This document shows, piece by piece, positions 38,216-47,634 of a stretch of 59,096 nt of DNA. The stretch is taken from positions 1 to 59,096 of the forward strand of contig DASUFI010000185.1 of NCBI GenBank assembly GCA_036274635.1, read 5' to 3'. A program made the position numbers and the translations under genes. The notes below the pieces were generated by a model, which worked only from the letters and a program-made list of their open reading frames with translations, made no database searches and was not told where the DNA came from. Numbering within the stretch: position 1 is the stretch's first letter; each line of letters starts with the position of its first letter. The stretch is from Planctomycetota bacterium. Lineage in GTDB: Bacteria; Planctomycetota; B15-G4.

Positions 38216-38901
38216 TACTTGGGCGCCAGCGGGCTGCGTCCGCCGTTCCCCAGGTAGGCCATGATGCGGCCGCCCACGGCCAGCAGGTCGATGTCGCCGT
38301 CGTGGTCGAGGTCCAGCGCGAACAGGTCGCGCCCCTCGCCCCGCAGCGGCAGCGCGTCGAGGCCCAGCTCGTGCGTCTCGTCGTGCAGCTTGTCGTCCGT
38401 GCCGCGGAGCAGCACGCGCACCACGTTGCCATCCAGCTCGGCGTGGTCGGTGCGGCCGTTCCCATCGAGGTCCACCTCCACGACGTGCGGCGCGTCGGGG
38501 AAGGTGGTGGGCTGCACGCCGCCCTTGCTCCACGTGCCGATGCCGCTGTACTGCAGGCGCTCGAGCGAGGCGTCCGGCCGGCGGACCAGCAGGTCGAGGC
38601 CGTCGAGGCGCAGGGCCGTGGCCACGCGCGCCTTGTCCAGCGCGCTGCCGGGCGTCTCGTCGGTCCACTCGCCATCGTGGAAGGAGAGGTAGACGAGGCC
38701 CTCGGGCGTGGTGGCCACGATGTCGTAGTCGTGGTCGTTGTCGGGGTCCAGCGGCACCGCGTCCAGTACGTCCTCGCCGTCGTGGTGGAAGACGATGGGG
38801 TGCGGCACGAAGACCAGCGGCGGCTCGCCGCCGCAGCCTGCGAGGACCATGGTGAACAGCACGAGTGCCGGACGGCGATGGGAGGTGTGCAAGTGCACCA
38901 T
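38215..38901 (-). CDS. Small FG-GAP/VCBS lipoprotein
   Basis: ATG at 38901. The lipobox is LFTMVLAGC. Motifs VDLDGNGRTDHAEL and LDLDHDGDIDLLAVGG are present. Confidence 0.65.
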   Translation of the reverse strand: MVHLHTSHRRPALVLFTMVLAGCGGEPPLVFVPHPIVFHHDGEDVLDAVPLDPDNDHDYDIVATTPEGLVYLSFHDGEWTDETPGSALDKARVATALRLDGLDLLVRRPDASLERLQYSGIGTWSKGGVQPTTFPDAPHVVEVDLDGNGRTDHAELDGNVVRVLLRGTDDKLHDETHELGLDALPLRGEGRDLFALDLDHDGDIDLLAVGGRIMAYLGNGGRSPLAPK

Positions 38902-38942
38902 GGAACCCGCCGGAACGGGGCCGGCGCAAGGGTGTTGGGTGG

Positions 38943-41015
38943 CTAAACCGGGTGCCGCGGGCTTCGCAGCAGCTCCGTGGCCGAGGCCAGCGCCTCGGGC
39001 GTGCCCGCGACGGCCAGGACGTCGCCGACCTGCAGCCGGGTCGCTCCGCCGGGCGCCGCCAGGCAGTCCGCGCCGCGCTGCACGGCGACCACGGTGGCGC
39101 CCGTGCGTCCGCGCAGGTCGAGCTGGCCCAGCGTCGCGCCGTCGGCCCGCATGCCGGCCGACACCCTCAGCTCGACCAGCGAGCCGAGGCCCGGCAGGAG
39201 CTGCTCGACCTGCGAGACCCCGCGCGTCGCCTCCACCTGCGCCGGCGCCGCCGACGGGCCGGCTGCGCGCAGCGCCTCGAGGATGACCTCCGCGCCGGCG
39301 CGCACGTGCGCCTGCAGGTCCGCCGCGCTGCGCCAGAAGGAGATGCCGAGCAGCGTGACCAGCAGCAGCACCACCGGCGCACCCGACAGCGCCGGCAGGA
39401 AGGGCTGCGTCAGCGCCAGCACCGGCAGGAGCACGGCCAGCAGCACGCCCAGCTGCAGACCCACCAGCATCGCCCGCCGCGGAGCCGCGCCGAAGTCGGC
39501 GCGTCCGGCGGGTGCCGGCGGCAGCGCCATCTCGGCCAGCAGCGTGCCCAGCCGCCGCGAGACCGCGACCAGCCCCAGGAGCAGCGGCACGGCCACCGCC
39601 AGCGCCGCGCCGCGCACCAGCCAGCGCGCCGACAGGTCCTCCCAGCCCAGGCGCTGGTGCACCAGGTCGCGCAGCGGCTCGCGCGCCAGCGCCGTGCCGG
39701 CCACGAGAGCCGCCAGCAGCGCGCCGTCCAGCACCAGCAGCAGCGTCAGGCGTCGCACCCCCGAGCGCCCCGTGCGCCGCCGCGCGCGCAGACGCGCCAG
39801 CCAGGTGTCGTACAGCGTCACGAAGGTCTGCACCGCGTGCGGCAGCCGGCGCTCCACAGCCAGCGCCACCGGCTCGCTCGCGCGCATGAGCCACGGCGCG
39901 AGGAAGGCCGTGACCGCCGCCACCGCCACCACCACCGGCACCAGCGAGACGTCGACCACGCCCTGCTGCGCCCCGAGCGCGACGAAGATGAAGGAGAACT
40001 CGCCCAGCGGCGTGAGCGACAGCCCGGCCTGCAGCGAGGTGCGCACGCTGTGCCCCGAGAGCACGCCGCCGACCAGCACCGACGCGACCTTGCCCAGCAC
40101 GACCACGACCAGGAACAGCAGCACCGCCACCCAGTGCGTCACCAGCACGCGCGGCTCCACGCTCATGCCCGCCGCCACGAAGAAGATGGCCGCGAACATG
40201 TCACGCACCGGCCGCACGAGGTGCTCGACCTGCTCCCCGAGCTGCGCCTCCGCGATGAGGTTGCCCGCGAGGAAGGCGCCCAGAGCGATCGACAGCCCGA
40301 GGTTCTCGGCGGCCAGCGCCAGCGCGAAGGCCGAGCCCACCGACGCCACCAGCAGCGTCTCCGCGCTCGCCAGCCGCGCCACCGCGCGGATCGCGCGCGG
40401 CAGCACGAGGTAGCCGCCCGCGACCAGCGCCGCGAGCACGGCCAGCAGCTTGAGCATGGTCTGCAGCACCGCCACCAGCGAGGTGTCCGCGCGCTCGCCG
40501 CCCAGCGCCGTGAACACCGCCAGCAGCACCACCGCCGCCAGGTCCTCGACCACCAGCACCGACACGACCAGCTCGCGCAGCTCGCGCGCGGCCCGCTGCT
40601 CGTCCAGCAGCCGCGCCACGATCATGGTGCTGGCGATGCACAGCGAGGCGCCCGCGTAGGCCGAGGCCAGCGTCCCCCAGCCCAGCGCCTGCGCCGCCAG
40701 GTACCCCAGCCACAGCATCACGCTCACCTGGATCAGGGCGATGAGGCCCGCCGTCGGCATCACCGCCAGCAGCCGCCGGAAGCTGAACTCCAGCCCGATG
40801 CTGAACATGACCAGGATCACGCCCAGCTCGCTCAGCGTGCGCACCGACTCGGGCCGCGCGAACAACGGGAAGGGCACGTGCGGCCCGACCAGCACGCCCG
40901 CCAGCAGGTAGCCCAGCACCACCGGCTGCCGCAGCCTGCGGAACAGCACCGTCGTGACCGCGGCCACGCACAGCACCATCGCCAGGTCGCGCAGGAAGTC
41001 GCCGGCATGGTCCAT
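38943..41015 (-). CDS. Cation:proton antiporter (CPA2, Kef/YbaL-like) with C-terminal TrkA-C/RCK domain
   Basis: ATG at 41015. DFLRDLAMVLCVAAVTTVLFRRLRQPVVLGYLLAGVLVGP... is followed by 12-13 TM helices. The C-terminus LGQLDLRGRTGATVVAVQRG...LQVGDVLAVAG is TrkA-C-like. Confidence 0.85.
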   Translation of the reverse strand: MDHAGDFLRDLAMVLCVAAVTTVLFRRLRQPVVLGYLLAGVLVGPHVPFPLFARPESVRTLSELGVILVMFSIGLEFSFRRLLAVMPTAGLIALIQVSVMLWLGYLAAQALGWGTLASAYAGASLCIASTMIVARLLDEQRAARELRELVVSVLVVEDLAAVVLLAVFTALGGERADTSLVAVLQTMLKLLAVLAALVAGGYLVLPRAIRAVARLASAETLLVASVGSAFALALAAENLGLSIALGAFLAGNLIAEAQLGEQVEHLVRPVRDMFAAIFFVAAGMSVEPRVLVTHWVAVLLFLVVVVLGKVASVLVGGVLSGHSVRTSLQAGLSLTPLGEFSFIFVALGAQQGVVDVSLVPVVVAVAAVTAFLAPWLMRASEPVALAVERRLPHAVQTFVTLYDTWLARLRARRRTGRSGVRRLTLLLVLDGALLAALVAGTALAREPLRDLVHQRLGWEDLSARWLVRGAALAVAVPLLLGLVAVSRRLGTLLAEMALPPAPAGRADFGAAPRRAMLVGLQLGVLLAVLLPVLALTQPFLPALSGAPVVLLLVTLLGISFWRSAADLQAHVRAGAEVILEALRAAGPSAAPAQVEATRGVSQVEQLLPGLGSLVELRVSAGMRADGATLGQLDLRGRTGATVVAVQRGADCLAAPGGATRLQVGDVLAVAGTPEALASATELLRSPRHPV

Positions 41016-41117
41016 GGCGCGATCCTGCCACACGCCGGCGCTCGAGCGGCGCACGAGTTCGCGTCGTTCGCGAGAGAGCCACGGGTGGGTGCGGCATACT
41101 GCTCGCGGAGGCTCGCC

Positions 41118-41792
41118 GTGCCCGACGCCCACGCCCCGCCGACCGCGCTGACTGCCGACGAGGCGCTGGCCATGGATCGCTGGCTCGTGTCGCGCGGCTT
41201 CACCCTCGCGGCGCTCATGGCCACGGCCGGCGCGCGCGTGGCCGACGCGGCCCGGCGCCTTGCCCGCGAGCGTCAGCTGCAGCGCGCGGTCTTCCTCGTG
41301 GGCCCCGGCAACAACGGCGGGGACGCGCTGGTGGCCGAGCGCCTGCTGCGCGGCGAGCTGGAGACGCTCGTCTGGCAGCCGCTGCCGCGCGCGGCGGGCG
41401 CCGATCGCGACCCGCCGCCGCGGCGCGTGAGCGAGGCGCCGCCCCTCGACGCGCGCACGCTGCTGGTGGACGGGCTCTTCGGAGTCGGACTCGCCAGGCC
41501 GCTCGAGGGCGCCGCGCGTGCGGCCGTGCAGCACGTGAGCGACTCGCGCGCCACGGTGCTGGCCATCGACGTGCCCTCAGGCCTGTCGGCCACCACGGGC
41601 GAGGTCGTGGGCGGCGCGCGCGGCGCGGCGCTGCGTGCGCACGCGACCGTGACCTTCGTCGCGCCCAAGACGGGCTTCTTCCGCGCCGCGGGTCCGGAGC
41701 ACGTGGGGCAGGTGTACGTGGTCGATCTCGGCTTCCCGCCTTCGGAGCTGGAGCCGTGGCTCACCGCGCGGCGCGCCGGAGCGGCGACGTGA
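41118..41792 (+). CDS. nnrE: NAD(P)H-hydrate epimerase (stand-alone YjeF N-terminal domain)
   Basis: GTG at 41118 has GGAG 7 nt upstream. LMATAGARVA...VFLVGPGNNGGDALVAERLL...DGLFGVGL...AIDVPSGL. The rest of the 975-aa ORF is antisense to the antiporter gene. Confidence 0.8.
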   Translation: MPDAHAPPTALTADEALAMDRWLVSRGFTLAALMATAGARVADAARRLARERQLQRAVFLVGPGNNGGDALVAERLLRGELETLVWQPLPRAAGADRDPPPRRVSEAPPLDARTLLVDGLFGVGLARPLEGAARAAVQHVSDSRATVLAIDVPSGLSATTGEVVGGARGAALRAHATVTFVAPKTGFFRAAGPEHVGQVYVVDLGFPPSELEPWLTARRAGAAT

Positions 41793-41816
41793 CGCGCGTG
41801 CTGCGGGCCTGAGCCG

Positions 41817-42776
41817 ATGCCCGAGCTGCCCGACGTGACCGTCTACGTCGAGCGCCTCGCCGACCTGCTCGTCGGCCGCACGCTGCGACACGTGCGCATC
41901 CGGTCGCCCTTCCTCCTGCGCACGGTCGAGCCACCGCTGTCCGCGGCCGAGGGGCGCACGATCGCGGGCGTCCGTCGGATGGGGAAGCGCATCGTGCTGG
42001 AGCTGCGCGCGGCGGGCACGCAACCGGCCGCGGCGTCCGCCGAGCCGCTCTTCCTCGTGCTCCATCTCATGATCGCGGGGCGGCTGAAGTGGGGCGCGCC
42101 CGACGCCGGAATTCCGGGCAAGATCGGCCTTGCGGCCTTCGACGTCGACGACGGGACGCTGCTGCTCACCGAGGCGGGCAGCAAAAAACGGGCGTCGCTG
42201 CACCTGCTCGCGGGCGAGGCGGCGCTCGCGGCCCACGACCGCGGCGGCCTGGAGGTGATGGAGGCCAGCGCGGCGGACTTCGCGGCCGTGCTGCGTCGCG
42301 AGAACCACACGCTCAAGCGCGCGCTCACCGATCCGCGGCTGTTGTCGGGTATCGGCAACGCGTACAGCGACGAGATCCTGCACCGCGCGAGGTTGTCGCC
42401 GTTCATCCAGACGGGGACGATGAGCGATGAGCAGTTCGCGGCGCTGCTCGCCGCAACGCGCGCGGTGCTCGGCGAGTGGACGGCGCGGCTGCGCGAGGAG
42501 GCGGTGGCCGATGCGCGCGCAGGCCATGCGCTGCCGCGCAAGGTGACGGCGTTCCGGCCGGGCATGGCGGTGCATGGGCGCTACGGGCAGCCGTGCCCGG
42601 TGTGCGGCGCGCCGGTGCAGCGCATCCTGTATGCGGAGAACGAGGCCAACTACTGCGCGAAGTGCCAGACGGGCGGGAAGCTGCTGGCGGACCGCGTGCT
42701 GTCGCGGCTGATGAAGGATGACTGGCCGCGGACGTTGGAGGAGCTGGAGGAGAGGAAGCGGGAGGGGCGGGGATAG
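41817..42776 (+). CDS. Fpg/Nei family DNA glycosylase
   Basis: MPELPDV N-terminus with catalytic Pro2/Glu3. The H2TH region is LTDPRLLSGIGNAYSDEILHRARL. The zinc finger is CPVCGAPV...YCAKCQ. Confidence 0.85.
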   Translation: MPELPDVTVYVERLADLLVGRTLRHVRIRSPFLLRTVEPPLSAAEGRTIAGVRRMGKRIVLELRAAGTQPAAASAEPLFLVLHLMIAGRLKWGAPDAGIPGKIGLAAFDVDDGTLLLTEAGSKKRASLHLLAGEAALAAHDRGGLEVMEASAADFAAVLRRENHTLKRALTDPRLLSGIGNAYSDEILHRARLSPFIQTGTMSDEQFAALLAATRAVLGEWTARLREEAVADARAGHALPRKVTAFRPGMAVHGRYGQPCPVCGAPVQRILYAENEANYCAKCQTGGKLLADRVLSRLMKDDWPRTLEELEERKREGRG

Positions 42777-42787
42777 GATCGTCGGGC

Positions 42788-43372
42788 GTGGCGGCAGGCA
42801 GTCCGATCGTCGTCGTGATCGCCGGGCCGAACGGCGCCGGCAAGAGCACGACGGCGCCACGCATCCTGCGCGAGAACTTCGGCGTCGAGGAGTTCGTGAA
42901 CGCCGACACCATCGCGGCGGGGCTGTCGGCCCTGCGCCCCGAGAGCGTCGCCGTGGCTGCCGGGCGACTCATGCTGCGCCGCATGCGCGAGCTCGCCGCG
43001 CGACGGATCAGCTTCGGCTTCGAGACCACACTGGCCACGCGACGCTTCGCCCGCTGGCTCGCGGACCTGCAGCAGGCGGGCTACGCCGTGACCGTCCTCT
43101 TCTTCGCCCTCCCGCACGTCGACATGGCCATCGCCCGTGTCCGCGAACGAGTCCGGGCCGGGGGCCATGACGTGCCCGAGGCCACGATCCGTCGTCGTTT
43201 TCGGCGGGGCTTGGCCAATCTGGCGCGTGACTACATCCCCCTTGCCGATGAGTGGATCGTGTTCGACAATTCCGTCGCGCCTGGTCCTCGGCTCGTCGCC
43301 GAGGGCGGTCGGGCGACGCCCCCCGAGGTCCACGATGAAGCGTTCTGGAAGCAGCTCAGGTCGCGCGCCTAG
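42788..43372 (+). CDS. Zeta-toxin-like P-loop kinase / AAA ATPase
   Basis: GTG start. Walker A is VVVIAGPNGAGKST. FVNADTIA and ...VLFFALPHVDMAIARVRERVRAGGHDVPE fit the zeta-toxin family layout. Confidence 0.7.
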   Translation: MAAGSPIVVVIAGPNGAGKSTTAPRILRENFGVEEFVNADTIAAGLSALRPESVAVAAGRLMLRRMRELAARRISFGFETTLATRRFARWLADLQQAGYAVTVLFFALPHVDMAIARVRERVRAGGHDVPEATIRRRFRRGLANLARDYIPLADEWIVFDNSVAPGPRLVAEGGRATPPEVHDEAFWKQLRSRA

Positions 43373-43532
43373 GCGCGGCGCCAGGCGCTCGAGCTCGGCC
43401 ATTCTCGCCGTTGCACGCAAGGCCGTGGCCGAGGCGCTCGAGCTGCACCGGGCCCTGGGACAGCCGATCGCGGAATGGCGCGACGGGCATGTAGTGTGGG
43501 TTCGCGCAACGGAGATGCGAACCCGGCGCTGA
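43335..43532 (+). CDS. Small ORF (65 aa) overlapping the 3' end of the zeta-like gene; putative partner or antitoxin
   Basis: MKRSGSSSGRAPRRGARRSSSAILAVARKAVAEALELHRALGQPIAEWRDGHVVWVRATEMRTRR. The ...A.r.A..al..h+.lGqPia.WRDG.vV motif resembles small proteins I recall being paired with zeta-like ATPases. It overlaps the kinase gene by 38 nt. Confidence 0.4.
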   Translation: MKRSGSSSGRAPRRGARRSSSAILAVARKAVAEALELHRALGQPIAEWRDGHVVWVRATEMRTRR

Positions 43533-43652
43533 GGATTCCCGAAGTCGCGCCGTGCGAAGAAGTGGACCGGCGCGGCCAAGCCGCGACGCTCCGCACGCCG
43601 CCGCCGCGCCGGACGCCGACGTGACTCGATCGCCCGCGTAGCGGCGCGCCCC

Positions 43653-44447
43653 TCAGCCCTTCGCCACGAGCCACTTCCGCCCGTCGAGGCAGGTCTGCAC
43701 CAGGCGACCGGCGTCGTCGATCCACATGGAGAAGACCACCCGCCCCTCGCTGGTCACGTCGAAGCGGAAGGCCTTCACGGCCTTGCTCTCTCGCTGGATT
43801 TCCTCCGCCGCGCTCGCGCACTCGATCGTGCCGCCCGGCTTCACGACCATCTCGTTCGCGTCGAGGTAGTGCTCGTACGAGGCGACGAAGCCTGCGCGGC
43901 GCGGCAGCAGCGGGCCCAGGCGGTAGAGCTGCTCGACGCAGAGGGTGCCAGCGGGCACCGCGACTTCGCGCGTCTGGTCATCGAAGGTGACCCTCGCGGC
44001 TGACGCCGTGAAGTCCGCGGAGAACTCGTAGGTCTTGCCGTCGGGATACTTCATCGAGCTGCGCACGCTCAGGCTCTCGGGCCGCAGCTCGTTGCCGACG
44101 GCGCCGCGGACGCTCATCTCGATCCAGAAAGGCTTGCCGTCGGCCTGTCCGTCGCCTCGATCCTCGAAGGTGTACTTGCCGGCGTCGACCTTCGTGTCGA
44201 GCACGATGGTGCCCAGCGCGACAGGCGGGCCGGACGAGCCGGGCGGGACATCGCGGTAGTCGAACTCCTGGCGGCTGTCCTTCAGCTGGGCGAGCGGGAG
44301 GTCGAGCGAGGCGAGGGTGGGGACCGACGCCGCGGACGTGTCCTGCACGGCGTCGAGTGACGAGGTGAGGAGCAGCACTGTGCTGATGCAGGCGACGAGG
44401 GTCAGCGAGCTGGACACGGCAAAGACTCCGGGCGTTCGTCCCATCAT
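43653..44447 (-). CDS. Hypothetical exported protein
   Basis: ATGATG at 44447. The N-terminal anchor is VFAVSSSLTLVACISTVLLL. The composition is non-shadow (Lys/Glu/Tyr/Phe-containing). Confidence 0.6.
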   Translation of the reverse strand: MMGRTPGVFAVSSSLTLVACISTVLLLTSSLDAVQDTSAASVPTLASLDLPLAQLKDSRQEFDYRDVPPGSSGPPVALGTIVLDTKVDAGKYTFEDRGDGQADGKPFWIEMSVRGAVGNELRPESLSVRSSMKYPDGKTYEFSADFTASAARVTFDDQTREVAVPAGTLCVEQLYRLGPLLPRRAGFVASYEHYLDANEMVVKPGGTIECASAAEEIQRESKAVKAFRFDVTSEGRVVFSMWIDDAGRLVQTCLDGRKWLVAKG

Positions 44448-44571
44448 GCGCCAGACCGCGCCGAGGCGTCCAAGCCCTTGCGCTCTCTCTGGAATCCCGC
44501 GTCTTCCCTCCACGCGGTGGTGCCGTCGCGGGGACCGTGAGGCGCTGATCGGCAGCGACGGGCGCGTCGCC

Positions 44572-47352
44572 CTACTGCCCCACGATGACCACGCCGTTGG
44601 TCGCGCTCACCTTGCCGCCGTCCACGTACCACGCCTGGCACCACACCTCCGTCCCCGGCGCCGCATCCGGCCACGTGTCGCTCAGCACCATTCCCGCCAG
44701 AAGCAGCTGCCCGAATTCGGCCATCGGCACGAGCGTGCCGCCCTTGTAGGGCGTGAGTGCCGGCGAAGCGCCGAGCACCAGGAAGCCGAAGGCCGAGGCA
44801 GGCAGCCCCATGGCCGTGCAGCTCACTGTCTGCCCCGGCGCCGGCAAACCGTCGCCCACGAGATGTGGCTGCCCGTAGCTGCCGGGCAGGCCGAGGCCCA
44901 CGTCGAGGAACCAGCTCGCCCGCGAGAGCAGAACCTGCGCGGCGCCTTCGTCGTGGCCGCAGGCGACGACGTCCGGGTACGTGTCGCCGTCTGCGTCGGC
45001 GGCGAGCAGCGCGCTGCAGGCCAGCGGGCCGGCGACCGACTGCGTGGTCTCGAAGGTGAAGTCACCGTGGCCGCGGCGCACGAGGATTTCGTTGCGGGCG
45101 GGACGGGCGAGCACGAGGTCCGGGCGATGGTCGCGGTCGAGGTCCGCGGCCAGCAGCGACGTGGCCAGCGTGCCGAGGGAGAACGAGGACGCCTCCGTGA
45201 AGGCCCCGTCCCCGTGGCCGGCCAGCAGGCGCACCTGCTTGCCGGCAGAGCAAAGGAGGGCGAGGTCGGGCGCGCCATCGCCGTCGAAGTCTGCGGCCGC
45301 GACGCGGGTGGGCGAGCCGGATACGGCAAAGCTCGGCTGCGGCAGCAGCGTTCCGGCGGCGTCCAGGAGCACCTGCGCCTGTCCAGCGCTGGCGCACACG
45401 ACGAGGGCGTCGGGCCAACCGTCGCTGTTCACGTCGCTGACGGCCAGGGAGTCCATCGGCGCAGCCGTGTCGACCTCGCTGGCGGCGGGGAAGGTGAAGC
45501 CGACGTTGAGGCTCACGTCCACTCGGCCGAGGGAGCCTCGGGCGGCGAGCACGTCGAGCGCACCGTCGCTGTCGAGGTCCGCGAGGCAGAGCTCCGCGAG
45601 CCCCGCCGCCCCGAGCGTGTGCACGAGCGCGAAGCCGATGTCGCTGGTGGCGGACGCGCCACCCGTCGTTGGACCGAGGTTGCGCGCGACAATGAGCGTG
45701 CCGCCGCCCACGTCCGACTCGAGGACCAGGTCCGCCAGGCCATCTCCATCGAGGTCAGCCGCCCGCACGTGCGCGCCGTCCTGCCCCAGGCCGATGGAGA
45801 CCGCGGCCCCGAAGCTCATGGCTTCGTCGTCCACGGTGCCCAGTGCGTAGGCCGCAGCCGTGAGACCGGACTCCGAGCCCTTGCGCGTGACGACCAGATC
45901 GCCGTCGCCGTCGTTGTCGAGGTCCGCGATCGCGGCGCCCGCGGGCGGCGCGCCCACGGCCGCGCCAGCTGCGCCGGCGAAGAGCCCGTCGCCGCGTCCG
46001 AGCGCGAGGTCGGCGTCGACGATGCTGAAGAGCGGCTCGCCCTCGCCGTCCTCCACGAGCTGCAGCTCCTGGCCCAGCGCCACGTCGAGGTCGCCGTCCG
46101 CGTCGGCGTCGACGGTCGTGTCGCCCTCGGGCGACCCGCCGAGGTCGTACGTGGTGGCGGGCCCGAAGGCGCCGTGTCCGTCGCCCAGCAGCACGTCCAT
46201 GCCGCCCCCCGTCAGATCCGTGTAGTCGTCGTAGTTGGCCACGGCCACGTCGATGTCGCCGTCGCTATCGAGGTCTCCGCACGTCATGCGGTTGCCCAGG
46301 ATCGAGCAGTCGTACGTGCCCGTCATGTCAAAAGTGCCGTTGCCGTTCCCGTGCATCGAGATCACCGCCTCGACTGTGGCCGACTGGAAGGACAGCTCCA
46401 GCGCGCCCACGTCGAGTTGGCCGTCGAGGTCGAAGTCGGCGATGCAGACATCCATTGCGTACAGCGTGTCCGCCATGCTGCTCTTCAGCGCAGTGCCGAA
46501 GGTGCCGTCGCCCAGCCCCGGCGCCACGGAGATCTTGTCCGCGGCCGCCGCGGGCACGATGTCTGTGACGATGTCCAGGAAGCCGTCGCCGTTGAAGTCG
46601 GCCAGGCCGATGCCGCCCGGCGAGTTGCCCACGTCCACGTCCGCCGGCAGCTCGAACTTGCCGGTCGTCTTGCCGAAGGCCACGTGCACGCACTTGCAGT
46701 CGCTGAACAGGTCGCACAACGCGACGTCGGCGCGGCCGTCTCCGTTGAGGTCGCCCAGCGCCGCCCACCACGTGAAGTCGCCCAGCACGGTGTCCTTGGA
46801 TGTGGCGAAGCCGCCGCCGGCCTTGGCCACGTAGGTCCACACGTCGAAGATGCCGACGTCGACGAGATCCTCGAGCCCGTCGCCCGAGACGTCCGCGCGA
46901 CCCATGAGGTTGCCGTAGCTGCCCTTGACCTGGCTCACGGCGAACTCCGCGCCGGGCACTTGCTGCAGCAGATGGATGCCGTCGCCCGCGGCGCTCGCCT
47001 CCGTCGCCATGTCCTGCAGCCCGTCGCCGTTCACGTCCAGCCCGATGACGCTCTGGCTGTAGCTCGACTCGATCGCCAGCCGCACGTTGGGCAGAGGGCG
47101 CGTGAAGGGCATCGCCGCCGCCAGTGCGGATGCGGGCGCCGCGGGATCGGGCGAGCCGGACTGCGGAGCGAGCGCGCCGGAGTCGCGGGCCGTCAGGAGC
47201 TGGACGAGCTGCTGGCGGTGCGCGGTCTTGGCGGCCTTCGCCGCGGCGGCGGCGGGTGGGAGCGGCGGGGCCAGGGGCGCAGTCTGCGCCACTGCAGACA
47301 CGGCGAGCAGGGCCAGCAGCACGACGCGCGCGGCGGGGGCGGTGCACGACAT
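44572..47352 (-). CDS. Large FG-GAP/VCBS repeat secreted protein (926 aa)
   Basis: ATG at 47352 follows GGGAGA. A signal peptide is present. At least 14 repeats occur (DVNGDGLQD, DLNGDGRADV, DFNGDGFLDIV, DLDSDGDIDVAV, ...). The C-terminal module is shared with 31615..33258. Confidence 0.85.
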   Translation of the reverse strand: MSCTAPAARVVLLALLAVSAVAQTAPLAPPLPPAAAAAKAAKTAHRQQLVQLLTARDSGALAPQSGSPDPAAPASALAAAMPFTRPLPNVRLAIESSYSQSVIGLDVNGDGLQDMATEASAAGDGIHLLQQVPGAEFAVSQVKGSYGNLMGRADVSGDGLEDLVDVGIFDVWTYVAKAGGGFATSKDTVLGDFTWWAALGDLNGDGRADVALCDLFSDCKCVHVAFGKTTGKFELPADVDVGNSPGGIGLADFNGDGFLDIVTDIVPAAAADKISVAPGLGDGTFGTALKSSMADTLYAMDVCIADFDLDGQLDVGALELSFQSATVEAVISMHGNGNGTFDMTGTYDCSILGNRMTCGDLDSDGDIDVAVANYDDYTDLTGGGMDVLLGDGHGAFGPATTYDLGGSPEGDTTVDADADGDLDVALGQELQLVEDGEGEPLFSIVDADLALGRGDGLFAGAAGAAVGAPPAGAAIADLDNDGDGDLVVTRKGSESGLTAAAYALGTVDDEAMSFGAAVSIGLGQDGAHVRAADLDGDGLADLVLESDVGGGTLIVARNLGPTTGGASATSDIGFALVHTLGAAGLAELCLADLDSDGALDVLAARGSLGRVDVSLNVGFTFPAASEVDTAAPMDSLAVSDVNSDGWPDALVVCASAGQAQVLLDAAGTLLPQPSFAVSGSPTRVAAADFDGDGAPDLALLCSAGKQVRLLAGHGDGAFTEASSFSLGTLATSLLAADLDRDHRPDLVLARPARNEILVRRGHGDFTFETTQSVAGPLACSALLAADADGDTYPDVVACGHDEGAAQVLLSRASWFLDVGLGLPGSYGQPHLVGDGLPAPGQTVSCTAMGLPASAFGFLVLGASPALTPYKGGTLVPMAEFGQLLLAGMVLSDTWPDAAPGTEVWCQAWYVDGGKVSATNGVVIVGQ

Positions 47353-47634
47353 GGCGGGTCTCCCTGGGCGGGCGTGAGGGTGCCCGGTCCATGGGGAGAC
47401 ATGCGCCGTCGGGGCGCGAGAGCGGCCATGACGGATCGGGCTCTCCTCGGCGTAGCGGCTGGACGCAGCGGTCTGAGTTCGGTCCTCGCGGCTGCTCGCT
47501 TCCGCTCCGCCGGCCCCGTGTCTTGACCGTTCCCGCGGCTCTGTTACCGTTTCGGCATAACGTCGGCCTTCAAGTGCGCCCGGGCAGGGCGTCAGGGCTG
47601 GGCAGGCCGGGCCGGCGGGGAAGGGCGCCGCCGT

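Noticed and set aside
38865-41117. The N-terminal 750 codons of ORF 38865..41792(+)
   Set aside because: This part is antisense to the CPA2 antiporter gene and extremely Arg/Gln/His-rich. Only the last 224 codons (from GTG 41118, which has an RBS) look like the YjeF-N/NnrE protein.
44317-47526. ORF 44317..47526(+) (1069 aa), plus 54643..57060(-) and 57238..59064(-)
   Set aside because: These are antisense shadows of the giant FG-GAP gene, ettA and the arylsulfatase respectively. No motifs are present and the composition is biased.
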